In this document: positions 1 through 9,824 of the stretch, piece by piece
Position numbering within the stretch: the stretch's first letter is position 1
Layout: every line of letters begins with the position of its first letter
DNA from: a virus
DNA: 64,000 nt
Virus record (IMG/VR): IMGVR_UViG_3300030041_000010
Reading direction: 5' to 3' (one strand)
Position numbers and translations under genes: made by a program
The notes under the pieces: generated by a model
Databases searched by the model: none
What the model was told of the DNA's origin: nothing
Seen by the model: the letters and a program-made list of their open reading frames with translations, nothing else

Positions 1-7
1 CTCTTCC

Positions 8-1411
8 TTGGGTTCCAGCGGATCACACGGTACTGGGTACCTTGACCAGACATACATCGACGCCACCACAGGCTTTAAGGTGACGATTGTCAACCCTGCT
101 GATGCCTTGGGCTTTGGCTACACACAACTGCCTTCTCCTCAGTACGCTTTCGCACCGGCAGACACACTCACTTTCACGACCAGCCAGTCCACTGTACGAT
201 ACACGGGCTCTACTTACGTTCCGTTCGGACCTGCTCAACCCAACAACTTGATTGCCATCCCCGGCTTGACCACCAGTGTCGTTACGACCTTCGGTGCGTC
301 TACGGGTGACACAGCAATTGTCAACACCTATAACAAGTCGGGCAGCGGTCCTACAGTCGGTGAGTTCTACTACGTGACATTTACAGTAGCCAAGACCGCC
401 GCTGATATGGCGCTCCAACTGTTCGACAATGAAGCGGATGCCTACACGGTTTACGGTCAGCCAAGTGTGGTCAACCGCCTCTCCTTGGGTGTCCAGTTCT
501 TGGTTGGTAACGGGGCTAACGTATTCGGTTGCATTCAGGTGCCTCAGCAACCCGGATTGAACACTGCGTCAGATGCAGATTTCATCTCGGCTATCCAATC
601 GCTGACAACGAATCTGCCGGGTTACACAAAGAAGGCAGATGTTATTGTTCCTCTGAGCACAAGCCCCACGGTTCACCAGTTCTTGAGCCGCCAGCTTATC
701 ACTCAGGCCACCGCCCGTTACAAGGGTGAGGGTATCGGCTTTGTTGGTTACAGCCAATACACAACTTCAACTCAGGCCATTACCAATGCACAGGGCTTGG
801 CAAACGGTCGTATGATTGCTATCGGCAACCCGGTTGCTGGTGTTCAGATTACGAACAGCCAGACAGGCATTGCACAGGAATACGCAGTATCCGGCGAATT
901 CATGGCAGCAGCGTTGGCTGGCCTGAATGTCAACCCAGCCAATGACGTAGCAACATCGCTTACGTTGCAGGATTTGGTTGGCTTCTCTCGTCTCCTCATC
1001 CGCTACGACGATGCAACCATGAACCTGATGGCTTCGCAGGGACTCGTTATGCTCACTGACAACTCCGGTGCGTTGAGCATTCGTCACTACAAATCTACCG
1101 ACCCGTCGAACCCGATTACCTCGGAACCGACATGCACTACTATCACCGATTATGTCCGTCAGCAGTTCCGTGGCGACCTAAAGCAGTTCATCGGTCGTAA
1201 GTTGGTAAGCAGCCTTGTGAACGACATCACGGCAGTCTGCAACGCCCGTCTCCGTTCACTGGTTTCGAATGAAATCATCAACGGGTATAAGAACCTGTCA
1301 GTTGTTCCTGACCCGAATGACCCGACAACAGTTGATGTCACTGTGACCTTCATGCCTATGTTCAGCTTGCTCTACATCAGTGTGACGTTTACCGTAACGA
1401 CAACCTTGTAA
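8..1411 (+). CDS. Major virion structural protein, 5'-partial. The C-terminal region resembles a contractile tail-sheath C-domain; a capsid role is not excluded.
   Basis: 467-aa ORF open to the window start. It is rich in T, S, G, V and N and ends '...VDVTVTFMPMFSLLYISVTFTV'. A strong terminator follows immediately. Confidence 0.45.
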   Translation: MGSSGSHGTGYLDQTYIDATTGFKVTIVNPADALGFGYTQLPSPQYAFAPADTLTFTTSQSTVRYTGSTYVPFGPAQPNNLIAIPGLTTSVVTTFGASTGDTAIVNTYNKSGSGPTVGEFYYVTFTVAKTAADMALQLFDNEADAYTVYGQPSVVNRLSLGVQFLVGNGANVFGCIQVPQQPGLNTASDADFISAIQSLTTNLPGYTKKADVIVPLSTSPTVHQFLSRQLITQATARYKGEGIGFVGYSQYTTSTQAITNAQGLANGRMIAIGNPVAGVQITNSQTGIAQEYAVSGEFMAAALAGLNVNPANDVATSLTLQDLVGFSRLLIRYDDATMNLMASQGLVMLTDNSGALSIRHYKSTDPSNPITSEPTCTTITDYVRQQFRGDLKQFIGRKLVSSLVNDITAVCNARLRSLVSNEIINGYKNLSVVPDPNDPTTVDVTVTFMPMFSLLYISVTFTVTTTL

Positions 1412-1417
1412 TCAACC

Positions 1418-1450
1418 GAGGGGTGGGTAAACCACCCCTCAACATACTTT
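1418..1450 (+). terminator. Rho-independent terminator candidate
   Basis: Perfect 9-bp stem GAGGGGTGG/CCACCCCTC with loop GTAAA, 7 nt after the stop of the 8..1411 ORF. The downstream tail is only moderately T-rich. Confidence 0.5.
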
Positions 1451-1460
1451 GGAGTTTTAG

Positions 1461-1892
1461 ATGAAAGTTCACACCGTGGTTACTCAGGCGAATGGCATTA
1501 TCAGCCTTGTCATTCAACCGTCGTTCGTTGGTGACATGACTGACGCTAATGATAAGGCCCTCATTGCTGCCTTTGGCGACCCTCAAGTGAACATTGCTGG
1601 CAGCTTCACAGACCCAAGTAATACCGCTTTCACTTTTCAGTTCCCCACTTCTGAACTCTATGTAGGGGTTACAACTCAGCTTTCATCACAGGTAGCTCAG
1701 TTCATGCTTGCACTCCCCTCCGGTCCGCCAAATCAATCGGCTCCGGTACAAGGCCCAATGTCGTGCATTACTCCTAATCCGAGTGAGGCTGCGACAGCAT
1801 GGCAAGCAGTGGTGGTTACTCGTATTCAAGCGGCGATGGCTGCATTGCGTAGTCAAGTGTTGGTTCCCTCAATCGGGGATGTAACTGTTTAA
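1461..1892 (+). CDS. Hypothetical protein (143 aa) directly after the major structural gene
   Basis: Clean ORF with the RBS-like 'GGAG' upstream. No recognisable motif. Confidence 0.6.
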   Translation: MKVHTVVTQANGIISLVIQPSFVGDMTDANDKALIAAFGDPQVNIAGSFTDPSNTAFTFQFPTSELYVGVTTQLSSQVAQFMLALPSGPPNQSAPVQGPMSCITPNPSEAATAWQAVVVTRIQAAMAALRSQVLVPSIGDVTV

Positions 1893-1908
1893 GTTCGGAG
1901 AAGAATAT

Positions 1909-3351
1909 ATGGCATCAAGACTAATCGCCCGTCGTCGTCAGGAACCAAAAAAAGCGACTACACTCGTCTCCAAGCAAACGCTTGAACAGGCAGTACAAGA
2001 GGCAAATGAGCTTGTTCAACAGTTCGTACGCACCAACGTTCACGATGTACGTCTTGACCAGCTTGAAGAAGCAATTAGTTTTCTTACCAGCATCCTTAAA
2101 AAGTCCCCAGCAGAGATGCAGCAAGAAGGGGCAGCAACACTGGACGACTATTTGGATGATGCAGTGATGCCAGACATGGCAGAAAAAATTAAACAGGATG
2201 TGGACATGATTGCCAAATTTAAAAATGCAGGAGTAGAAGGTCAGGGTCAGGAAGCTGCGGCACCTGTCATGGCCTCCGGTGTTGACTTTGTTAGTGATCG
2301 AGATGAAGACGGTAAGCCTCAAGCTCCCGAATTGGCCGAGGTTCCTCGTCTCGCCGGGTTGAAGAATGCCGATTTATTTTACGGCAAGAAGGCCGAAAAA
2401 GTTACTCCTATCAATGCCCCTAGACCAGCTAAGACGCCGACAGTTAACCCAGATGCCGACATTAAACAACTATCCAGCGACGTTCTCGCCAAGATGTTGA
2501 AGGCTCTGTCTACAGCGGAAGACCTTATGAATGACAAGGCGGCGAACAAATTCATTGGTGCTATTGCCGCAGAACTTGCCCTTCGTCCTGTTGAGGTTGA
2601 ACAGGAGGCACCCGCTACTGCTCCAGCCGCATCCCCTGCCGCTGCACCTCTACCTCTTGCCGCCTCGATTATGGGTGGGTTGGTCATCGCTGCTGATGAA
2701 GATGGTAACACCAAGGTCGCCACCTCTCAAGGTGGTGCATGGTTTGTGACCGATAAGGACACATTCACCATCAAGGAAGATGGTGGTCGCACTCCTGAGA
2801 TTGGCGAAGCTCACAGCAAGCTGGAAGACAACACCGGCATCAAGCGTCCAGCGACTGAGCTTCCCTCAAAGTTCGCTTTTATTAAAGAGGCGGGGTTTTT
2901 GAGTGAGGTCTTCGCGGCCATCAAGACTATTCTCGCTGGGACTGAGCCGACCTCCGAACAATGGAATAGGTTGGAACAACTGGTTGATCTTATTCAGGGA
3001 CGTGGAAATAAGACTGCTGCTAAAATTGCCGCTGGTGACATGACCGCCGCCAAAGCTCTTAAGTTGGTTGAGAGGTTGGAAAATGAACTCAAGCGCCTCT
3101 ACTTTGAAGCAAAGCCAGTCACAGAGGCTCTCGGCTCTCGTCCTGTTCGTGAGGGAGTTGAAGCGATTTATCGGGCATACAACCTGCTTGGTGAGGCTTC
3201 AAAGGCGTTGAATAAGCAGCGTATGCAGGAAGAAGCAGAAGAACAAGCTCTTGAAGTTAAGGACAAGAACAAAAAGAAGAGTTCCTCGGTTCTCTTTGGA
3301 TTGGCTCTCGCGGCTGAGGATGAAGAAGACGACGACGAAGAAGTTAAGTAA
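1909..3351 (+). CDS. Scaffold-like or internal virion protein with an acidic C-terminus (480 aa)
   Basis: RBS GGAGAAGAATAT-ATG. Helical and charged, ending in the acidic tail 'EDEEDDDEEVK'. Carries two copies of the 'FV[ST]D[RK]D...AP' motif. Confidence 0.65.
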   Translation: MASRLIARRRQEPKKATTLVSKQTLEQAVQEANELVQQFVRTNVHDVRLDQLEEAISFLTSILKKSPAEMQQEGAATLDDYLDDAVMPDMAEKIKQDVDMIAKFKNAGVEGQGQEAAAPVMASGVDFVSDRDEDGKPQAPELAEVPRLAGLKNADLFYGKKAEKVTPINAPRPAKTPTVNPDADIKQLSSDVLAKMLKALSTAEDLMNDKAANKFIGAIAAELALRPVEVEQEAPATAPAASPAAAPLPLAASIMGGLVIAADEDGNTKVATSQGGAWFVTDKDTFTIKEDGGRTPEIGEAHSKLEDNTGIKRPATELPSKFAFIKEAGFLSEVFAAIKTILAGTEPTSEQWNRLEQLVDLIQGRGNKTAAKIAAGDMTAAKALKLVERLENELKRLYFEAKPVTEALGSRPVREGVEAIYRAYNLLGEASKALNKQRMQEEAEEQALEVKDKNKKKSSSVLFGLALAAEDEEDDDEEVK

Positions 3352-3471
3352 GTGTATGGCTTGGTTTGATCGTGGGGTTTATCTAATTCGGAATACGGAT
3401 ATGTATTTACCAACTTCCAGACTATGCGTTACTTCATTTGAACAGCCGATTACGGCTAAGGAGAATTAGAC

Positions 3472-4140
3472 ATGGCCCAAGGGGGATACATCTACCAGCA
3501 GGGTACGAGCGCACAGACTGAATCTGTCATCTCGTCTCGCTTCAAGATTTTTACTGACGTTGTTGACGTGGGTAAGTTCGTGAAGCTTGGCGTCACCTCG
3601 TCCTTTGAACTTTCAGAGACGAAGAACGTTGAAACGATTCGCGGTCTTGGTTATGGTGACCAAGTGGCAGAACTCGTTCCCGGCGTGACAGAGCCGATGC
3701 AGCTAACCATTGCCCGTACTTGTTTGTACCTTGCAAACCTCATGCAGGTTCTTGGTTACAAGGCTGGCGTCAGCGGTGCGGTTCGTTCTATCCGTCACCA
3801 CAAATGGCCGTTCGACATCAAGACTGAAATTGTCTTCTCCGAACTTGCCAACACCGACTCGAATCTTGGTCAGGCCACATTGGCCGACATCCCGAACGAA
3901 GGCGGTCTCAACAACACAGGCAACCCCGGCCTTTACGCTGTGGCAACTGTGTATGAAGGATGCTGGATGAGTAGCTATAACACTGGTTATGCTATTGAAA
4001 CAGCGGCTGTGACTGAAAATTGCACTGTTATGGTCACGGACCTTTTTGACATCTCTGGTAGCGTGTACGGTGAGTTCCTCGACAGCGGCCTGAGTCCAAA
4101 TGATACAACTGGTGCTTCGCTCCTCTATAGCATCAGCTAA
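3472..4140 (+). CDS. Virion structural protein (222 aa), possibly a tube-like protein
   Basis: Strong RBS AAGGAGAATTAGAC-ATG. Beta-rich composition. Confidence 0.55.
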   Translation: MAQGGYIYQQGTSAQTESVISSRFKIFTDVVDVGKFVKLGVTSSFELSETKNVETIRGLGYGDQVAELVPGVTEPMQLTIARTCLYLANLMQVLGYKAGVSGAVRSIRHHKWPFDIKTEIVFSELANTDSNLGQATLADIPNEGGLNNTGNPGLYAVATVYEGCWMSSYNTGYAIETAAVTENCTVMVTDLFDISGSVYGEFLDSGLSPNDTTGASLLYSIS

Positions 4141-4273
4141 GGTTTCGAGCCCTCGGTGAATAGCTGGGGGCTCAACCTATACTGAGGTTGTGAATGCCCA
4201 ATCTGAAAAACCCCCTCCTAAAATTTAGCTCAATCCTTGCCTCGGTGGTTAAAGAAGCCGCAGGGTACAACGG

Positions 4274-6184
4274 TTGTTCAAGAGACCAGAATCAGATGAA
4301 GAAGCTAAGAGAGACGGTATACGAGTGTCTAGTCTAAAAAACCCGCTATTTAAAACTCCTCGCCTCTCTTCCCTCAAGGTGGCTCTCGATGCCATGCTCG
4401 AAACTATCGATCAAGAGAAGCATCCCGAACAAGAATACACAACACAAAATGGCAAGATGATGGGCAAGGGCACCGAGGTCGAGCAAGGCGCGTTGAACGC
4501 ATCCGTTCCCGGTAGCTTGCTGGCCTCCGCCACGCAGATGTGGTATCACGGTACGTCAAAGTTGGAGAGTATTCTTAAATCTGGACGACTTGAGCCCCGA
4601 GTTGTGGATGAGGAATATCCCGCTGGTATTTGGTTTGCTTCTCATGTAGAGGATGCCGCCCTTTTTGGTGACCAGATTTTGTGCATTACAAATAGGGATT
4701 TGCGGAGATTTAAATACAAGGCGATTCCAACTGCTTATGCCATGCTCGTCCTTGAGCCAATTCCTGTGCAGTATTTGAAGACCATCAAAGCGCCTAAGAC
4801 AGCTTTGAAAACCTCGAAAATGCATTGTGTCGCTTGCGAGAGCGGGGACTGCATCGGTCACGGTGGAACTATCAATGATCTAACCAATACAGTTGTGCCC
4901 GGTGCTCTTGAAGCACCTACGGTCGAGGACGCCACCTTCTTTAAAGAGAGTGATGGAGATTTCGAGGTATACCGTACAGCCTCAGGTAGGATCGTTGTTG
5001 CTGATGCCGCACAGGACGAGGCCGTTAAAAATGAGCAGGAAGAGCTAACTCATGAGGAAGTCTCTCGTTTTAAACAAGCTGACACGAAGTCCTATGGGGC
5101 TGGTACACCGCTTGGTGGCACCCCCACGGCTCCAAAGCCTACAGATGTTAATCCAAGCCCGACCGCACCGATGCCAAACCCAGTCCCGCCTGTACAGACG
5201 CAGAACAAAGGACCGCAACAGCTTCATGATGAGGCACAAGGTGCGCCTCAGGAAGCTGGCAACCTGACTCAGCAACAATTGAGTCAGGTACTCCAAGCTC
5301 TGAAGTCTTCGGGTGTGAAGATACAGAATGATGTTGTAGACGCGGTGGAAGAGTTTGCTCCTTCTGTTGGAACCGTTGTGAAGGCTGCGGTGCCTATCAA
5401 GGAGTCCCCCACTTCGTTACCACCTCGCGATGATATGCGTCGCCATATTGATGAGACTGCACAGGCTGAGGTTATGGAAGGTGTTGGCAATAATCCTTCA
5501 CCGGCTCCTACGACACCGCAGCAGCCAGTACAACCTCAAAGTCAGCCAGTACAACCAGTCGCTCCCACGGCTCAACAGGAGTTGTTGAAGCAAACATTGT
5601 CTTCGGATAAGAAAGCTTGGGTTGAAGATGATGAGGATGATGAGGATGATGAGGATGATGAGGATGATGAGGATGATGAGGATGATGAGGATGATGAGGA
5701 TGATGAAGATGATGAAGACGATGGAGCCTTGGGTACTCTGTATGGCAAGCCGTTGGGAAATTCAGAAGTAGCCAACACTCCTCAGGAACGTTTGGAGTAC
5801 CTGAGGAGTCAACTGAGAGCCGAATGTATCAGTCAAGGTGAACAGACGGAGCTAGAGAGTCTGGTTCAATATATTGAACCAGATGATGTTGAACTACTGG
5901 AAGCTGCTGGCGTTCCTGAAGAGGAAGCGATGGCTATGCAGGAACGGATGCGTACACCAGCGGCGTCAAAGCCTAAGAAGCGATTCCGCACTACAGATAA
6001 GGACAAAAAGTGGTTGCAAGAACTTGGCATTAAGGCGAGTAAAGTAGCCGTGCAGACTGAAGAAGGCGTCAATCTGGTCTGTCCAGCTTGTCATTCGCCT
6101 GAGGCAAAAAAGGTGGAAGATTCAACCGCTGAGGACGGCAGCTTGATGGAATGCATCGCGTGCGGATGTTTTTTCGCACTATAG
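4274..6184 (+). CDS. ART-like domain protein with a P/Q-rich linker, a (DDE)n acidic tract and a C-terminal Cys zinc ribbon
   Basis: The motifs are 'WYHGTSKLESILKSGRLEP...GIWFASH', then (DDE)n, then 'CPACHSP...CIACGCFF'. The track start is a TTG codon, so the true start is uncertain. Confidence 0.6.
   Translation: MFKRPESDEEAKRDGIRVSSLKNPLFKTPRLSSLKVALDAMLETIDQEKHPEQEYTTQNGKMMGKGTEVEQGALNASVPGSLLASATQMWYHGTSKLESILKSGRLEPRVVDEEYPAGIWFASHVEDAALFGDQILCITNRDLRRFKYKAIPTAYAMLVLEPIPVQYLKTIKAPKTALKTSKMHCVACESGDCIGHGGTINDLTNTVVPGALEAPTVEDATFFKESDGDFEVYRTASGRIVVADAAQDEAVKNEQEELTHEEVSRFKQADTKSYGAGTPLGGTPTAPKPTDVNPSPTAPMPNPVPPVQTQNKGPQQLHDEAQGAPQEAGNLTQQQLSQVLQALKSSGVKIQNDVVDAVEEFAPSVGTVVKAAVPIKESPTSLPPRDDMRRHIDETAQAEVMEGVGNNPSPAPTTPQQPVQPQSQPVQPVAPTAQQELLKQTLSSDKKAWVEDDEDDEDDEDDEDDEDDEDDEDDEDDEDDEDDGALGTLYGKPLGNSEVANTPQERLEYLRSQLRAECISQGEQTELESLVQYIEPDDVELLEAAGVPEEEAMAMQERMRTPAASKPKKRFRTTDKDKKWLQELGIKASKVAVQTEEGVNLVCPACHSPEAKKVEDSTAEDGSLMECIACGCFFAL
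5625..5722 (+). repeat. Tandem 9-nt repeat GATGATGAG/GATGAGGAT encoding (DDE)n
   Basis: About 10 tandem copies are visible in the sequence. Confidence 0.9.
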
Positions 6185-6204
6185 GACTGTATTTATAGAA
6201 GCTT

Positions 6205-7071
6205 ATGCCATTCACTAAAGTAGCCAATGCGGAACTCAAAGAGCCCACTCTGAGCATGTCAGATTGGGGTAAAATGTATGGTATCCATACGTTCGGACGC
6301 AAGACCGCCGCATTCAATAAAATCTCAGCCGACTCAAGCCGCTACTTGCTTAGTCATTGCACAATTATGGCCTCGGTGATGACAGAGGCCGACCCGTTTG
6401 ACTATCTTATCAAACCGGAGTGTTCACATCTCGTCAATAACAATGATGATGCGTGGGAGAACAGTACACTCAAACTCTCTCACCGCTCCTTCGTTGGTGC
6501 TTTCAACTTTGTCGAGCACTTCCAGAATTCCAAGTACGCGAAGGGGCACATCCTTGATGCTGTCCTCCGCAAGATTCAAATCGCCGGTCCGGAGTGCTGG
6601 GTTTACTTTTGCGACATCCTTGTTGCCACCGACCTCGCTCACGATAAGCTAGTTCACGATATTCGTGGCGGTAATGTTCGTTATCTTTCCATGGGTTGTG
6701 TGACCGATTTGGTTATCTGTTCTTTCTGCGGAGCCCGTGTCACCGACCAGAGCACGTATTGTCACCACTTGAATTTCAACAAGGGAACATTCCTTGTGGA
6801 TGACGACGGTATCTCACGTCGTGTCGCCGAATTGTGCGGCCACAAGTCATTACCTAACGGTGGTGTGAAATTCGTGGAAGCGTCTTGGGTAGCAACCCCG
6901 GCTTTCCCCGGTGCAGCCAAGCGGTCTATCGTGGCTGACGAATGGGTAGGTCCGAAGACACCTTATACGCGCAAAGCAGCTAGTTTTGGTGCCTTTGCAA
7001 AAGCGGCTTCCGCAGTTGATGTCGGTGAAGCACTAATGAGTTCAGATTTGGAAGGTGGCTTACTAAGATAA
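6205..7071 (+). CDS. Hypothetical Cys/His-rich protein (288 aa)
   Basis: ORF carrying several CxxC and HxxH-like spacings. Confidence 0.55.
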   Translation: MPFTKVANAELKEPTLSMSDWGKMYGIHTFGRKTAAFNKISADSSRYLLSHCTIMASVMTEADPFDYLIKPECSHLVNNNDDAWENSTLKLSHRSFVGAFNFVEHFQNSKYAKGHILDAVLRKIQIAGPECWVYFCDILVATDLAHDKLVHDIRGGNVRYLSMGCVTDLVICSFCGARVTDQSTYCHHLNFNKGTFLVDDDGISRRVAELCGHKSLPNGGVKFVEASWVATPAFPGAAKRSIVADEWVGPKTPYTRKAASFGAFAKAASAVDVGEALMSSDLEGGLLR

Positions 7072-7175
7072 TGACTTTCGGGTCGCATGGGGTACGAGAA
7101 ATTTGTAGCGTGGATAAGTCGAGTTGTTAAATACCACACTACGAGAACCTTTATAGGGAATGGAGATTTACGCTA

Positions 7176-9584
7176 ATGGCTAATATTTACCAAACCAGTT
7201 ATTGTAATCAAGGTCATGACCTAACCACTGGAAAACCAGTAGGTCACGAGTGTTACATTCTACCTCCTGCTGCCCTTGAGGCTGAACGAACCGGAGATGT
7301 GGATAGGGCTCATCAAATTATTGAGAGAAGTAAATCTACACTGCCTTTCTGGGGTCGGATAGCTAGTAAAGAAGGAAAACAGACTATGGCTAACATAACA
7401 AAAGAAGCAGCAGACAAGGCAATTCTTCAGGTCATTGCTAACTTAAAGCAGAAGTTCGCTGAGTTGGATGCATTGGATGAAGAGTTCGCCGACCTCGACG
7501 CCTCCGCTCCCATGGACATGATGGACACGGGTGTGGGTGAACAGTTTAACCTCCTCTCCGATAAGCGTGAGGAACTCGAACAAGAGATTCGCTCGATGCG
7601 TGAACGAGTGCAGCTTATCTCCGAGTGGGAAAAGTTTAAGGGCAGTGGTTGGAGTGATGATATCCAATCCGAGCTAAACTCTCTCGACCAACAGTTTTCG
7701 AACATTGCGGACGGAGCATCATCTGATCCATTGGGAGCACCCTCGCTTCCTTCGGCCCCTCTCTCACCTGAGATACCGGACGCTCCCCTTCTTCCTCCAA
7801 CTCCTGATATTCCGGCAGATGCGTCTATCGAGCCATCACTTGATGAACCAGCCATAGAGCCAACGCCCGAAGCGGCACCTGACGCTCCCCCGGCTGAACC
7901 AGAACCTCTTGCTCCACCGATGGCAAGCACTAAAAACTCAAAAATCAACGAAAAAACTAACTATGGACTCCAAGATAAGAAGGGGTCTAAAAATCCCTCT
8001 GACTTGAAGAAAGGCGATACTCACATGGCAAATCAACCTACCAAGCCCACATCCTCATTGAAGGAGAAGCTTGCCGAGGCTAAGAACAAGCGGGAGGCGA
8101 TTACTAAGGAGGCCAAGACCCGTGTGGCATCCGCGTGGACTATCGCCAAGACAATGCTCCCCACGGCTCCGGACGCGGTGAAGAAGGCTTTCGCAGCTTC
8201 TCTCCTAACCAACTCTACGCAAGTGCTCACGGCGGCACTTCGTCAGACTGCTATCAATGCCCACAACACCAAGCTTGCTGAGACTTTCAAGGAAGTTCAC
8301 AAGGTTGAGTTGAACGATCTGTTGGAAGACCCGTCTGTTCTCAACGCTGAGAAGAAGTCAGTCGAGAGCGAATTGAAGGGTGATGCCAAGTCCGCTGGCA
8401 AGGTAGCCGATGACCGCAAGGAATCCGGCCCTCAGCCTGACAAGTACGATGATGGCCGTCACAACTCTGAGCCAAAGCAAATCGACGCTTCCAAGGCTGG
8501 TGATCGTCCAGATGCTGGCGAGAAGCCCGGTCAGACTCAGAACCTGTCTGATGGCAAGAACGCTGGTGCCAAGAAGGCTTGCGTTGGCAAGGATTGCACT
8601 GGCTGCACCAACAAGGACTGCAAGGGTAAGAAGGCTGGCGTGAAGAAGGCCGAATTCCCACCGGCTGAAGGCGGAGCCCCGGCTCCTGAAGCTCCTGCTG
8701 AGGCACCCGTTGACGATGCTCCAGTAGAAGATGAGGCTCCAGTTGAGGAATCCCCCATGGGTGAACTACCCCCTGTTGAGGACAACCCCGAAGCTGAGGC
8801 CACCGAGATTCTGACGGATGAAAAGAAGCAGGTTCTCGAAGAGAAGATTGACGAAGCACAACAGGCTATCCACGCTATCGAGGAAGAACTCAACGTTGAA
8901 CGTGACGAAGAGCTTGACCTTGCTAAGCTTGACGGTTCCGAGAGCGGCTTTGAGGGTCTGGAAGACCTTGAAGGTGAAGAGGAAGGTCTTGAAGGTGGAC
9001 TTGAGGGCGATGGCGACGAGCATGAGCATGAGCATGAGCTAGACTTCGCCAAGGTGTTCGATGAGGGCGACATGGAAGAAAAGGCTGCGTCTCTTGCCAA
9101 CGAAGGCGACGAGAAGCAAGCTGGTGAAGAGGACGACTTCTTTACACCATCCGCTGCATCTTCACTTGAAGCTTCACTGGATGACGATGGTATGGCCGAT
9201 ATGCATAGCATGTTCTCCATGCAGGGTGCTGACGGTGACCCACTCGCTTCTCTTATCGCCGGTTTCAAGACCGCTGAGCAGGTAGCTGGTATGGATGTTG
9301 TTGAGTCTTTCAGCGAGGCTGCTGAGCACTTCAAGCAGGACGAGGCCGCAAGCGATGACCGTGACACCGAGTCTGACCATTCAGATACTCTGTGGGCGGA
9401 AACCATCAAGGACATCACTCCTGAGACACAGGGTGCAAAGCGCACTCCTCAGGACAGCACTAACAAGCTGGAGAAGCCCAAGGCCGCTGTGTTGAAGAAG
9501 ATTAAGACCACCACAGCCTCTGACAACAAGCAACCTTCTCGCTTTGATATTGGTGAGGCGTTGTTCGGTCGGGATGAGGATTAA
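7176..9584 (+). CDS. Large acidic coiled-coil protein (802 aa); scaffold-like or internal virion protein
   Basis: RBS GGAG upstream. Long E/D/A/K-rich low-complexity run with an (EH)n stretch. A strong terminator lies downstream. Confidence 0.65.
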   Translation: MANIYQTSYCNQGHDLTTGKPVGHECYILPPAALEAERTGDVDRAHQIIERSKSTLPFWGRIASKEGKQTMANITKEAADKAILQVIANLKQKFAELDALDEEFADLDASAPMDMMDTGVGEQFNLLSDKREELEQEIRSMRERVQLISEWEKFKGSGWSDDIQSELNSLDQQFSNIADGASSDPLGAPSLPSAPLSPEIPDAPLLPPTPDIPADASIEPSLDEPAIEPTPEAAPDAPPAEPEPLAPPMASTKNSKINEKTNYGLQDKKGSKNPSDLKKGDTHMANQPTKPTSSLKEKLAEAKNKREAITKEAKTRVASAWTIAKTMLPTAPDAVKKAFAASLLTNSTQVLTAALRQTAINAHNTKLAETFKEVHKVELNDLLEDPSVLNAEKKSVESELKGDAKSAGKVADDRKESGPQPDKYDDGRHNSEPKQIDASKAGDRPDAGEKPGQTQNLSDGKNAGAKKACVGKDCTGCTNKDCKGKKAGVKKAEFPPAEGGAPAPEAPAEAPVDDAPVEDEAPVEESPMGELPPVEDNPEAEATEILTDEKKQVLEEKIDEAQQAIHAIEEELNVERDEELDLAKLDGSESGFEGLEDLEGEEEGLEGGLEGDGDEHEHEHELDFAKVFDEGDMEEKAASLANEGDEKQAGEEDDFFTPSAASSLEASLDDDGMADMHSMFSMQGADGDPLASLIAGFKTAEQVAGMDVVESFSEAAEHFKQDEAASDDRDTESDHSDTLWAETIKDITPETQGAKRTPQDSTNKLEKPKAAVLKKIKTTTASDNKQPSRFDIGEALFGRDED

Positions 9585-9610
9585 CTTACATTACACTACA
9601 TACAACCAAA

Positions 9611-9642
9611 AGCCCCCGGCCAAAACCGGGGGCTTTTAATTT
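9611..9642 (+). terminator. Rho-independent terminator
   Basis: Stem AGCCCCCGG/CCGGGGGCT with loop CCAAAA, followed by TTTAATTT. Confidence 0.8.
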
Positions 9643-9824
9643 AGTAATTTATGTTCAAATTAAAAGCTAAGCTGAAAAAATACATCGCAAGTGAATGAAC
9701 TTCTACACTACTCATTCCTCTCTATGTACGAAGTGTCTGCCTCACCTATAGTTCACGGTCGTCTCCTCGACTAAGAATTGGGTGGGGGTGACAAATAAAA
9801 ACTTCTACATGGAGAAACAATACT

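Noticed and set aside
5572-5778. Minus-strand ORF encoding poly-Ser (68 aa)
   Set aside because: It is the antisense reading of the (DDE)n GAT/GAG tandem repeat inside the well-supported + strand gene.
8537-9445. Minus-strand 302-aa Ser-rich ORF, with other antisense ORFs 7427..7948 and 8341..8859
   Set aside because: Low-complexity antisense of the acidic 802-aa + strand gene, with no RBS or start context.
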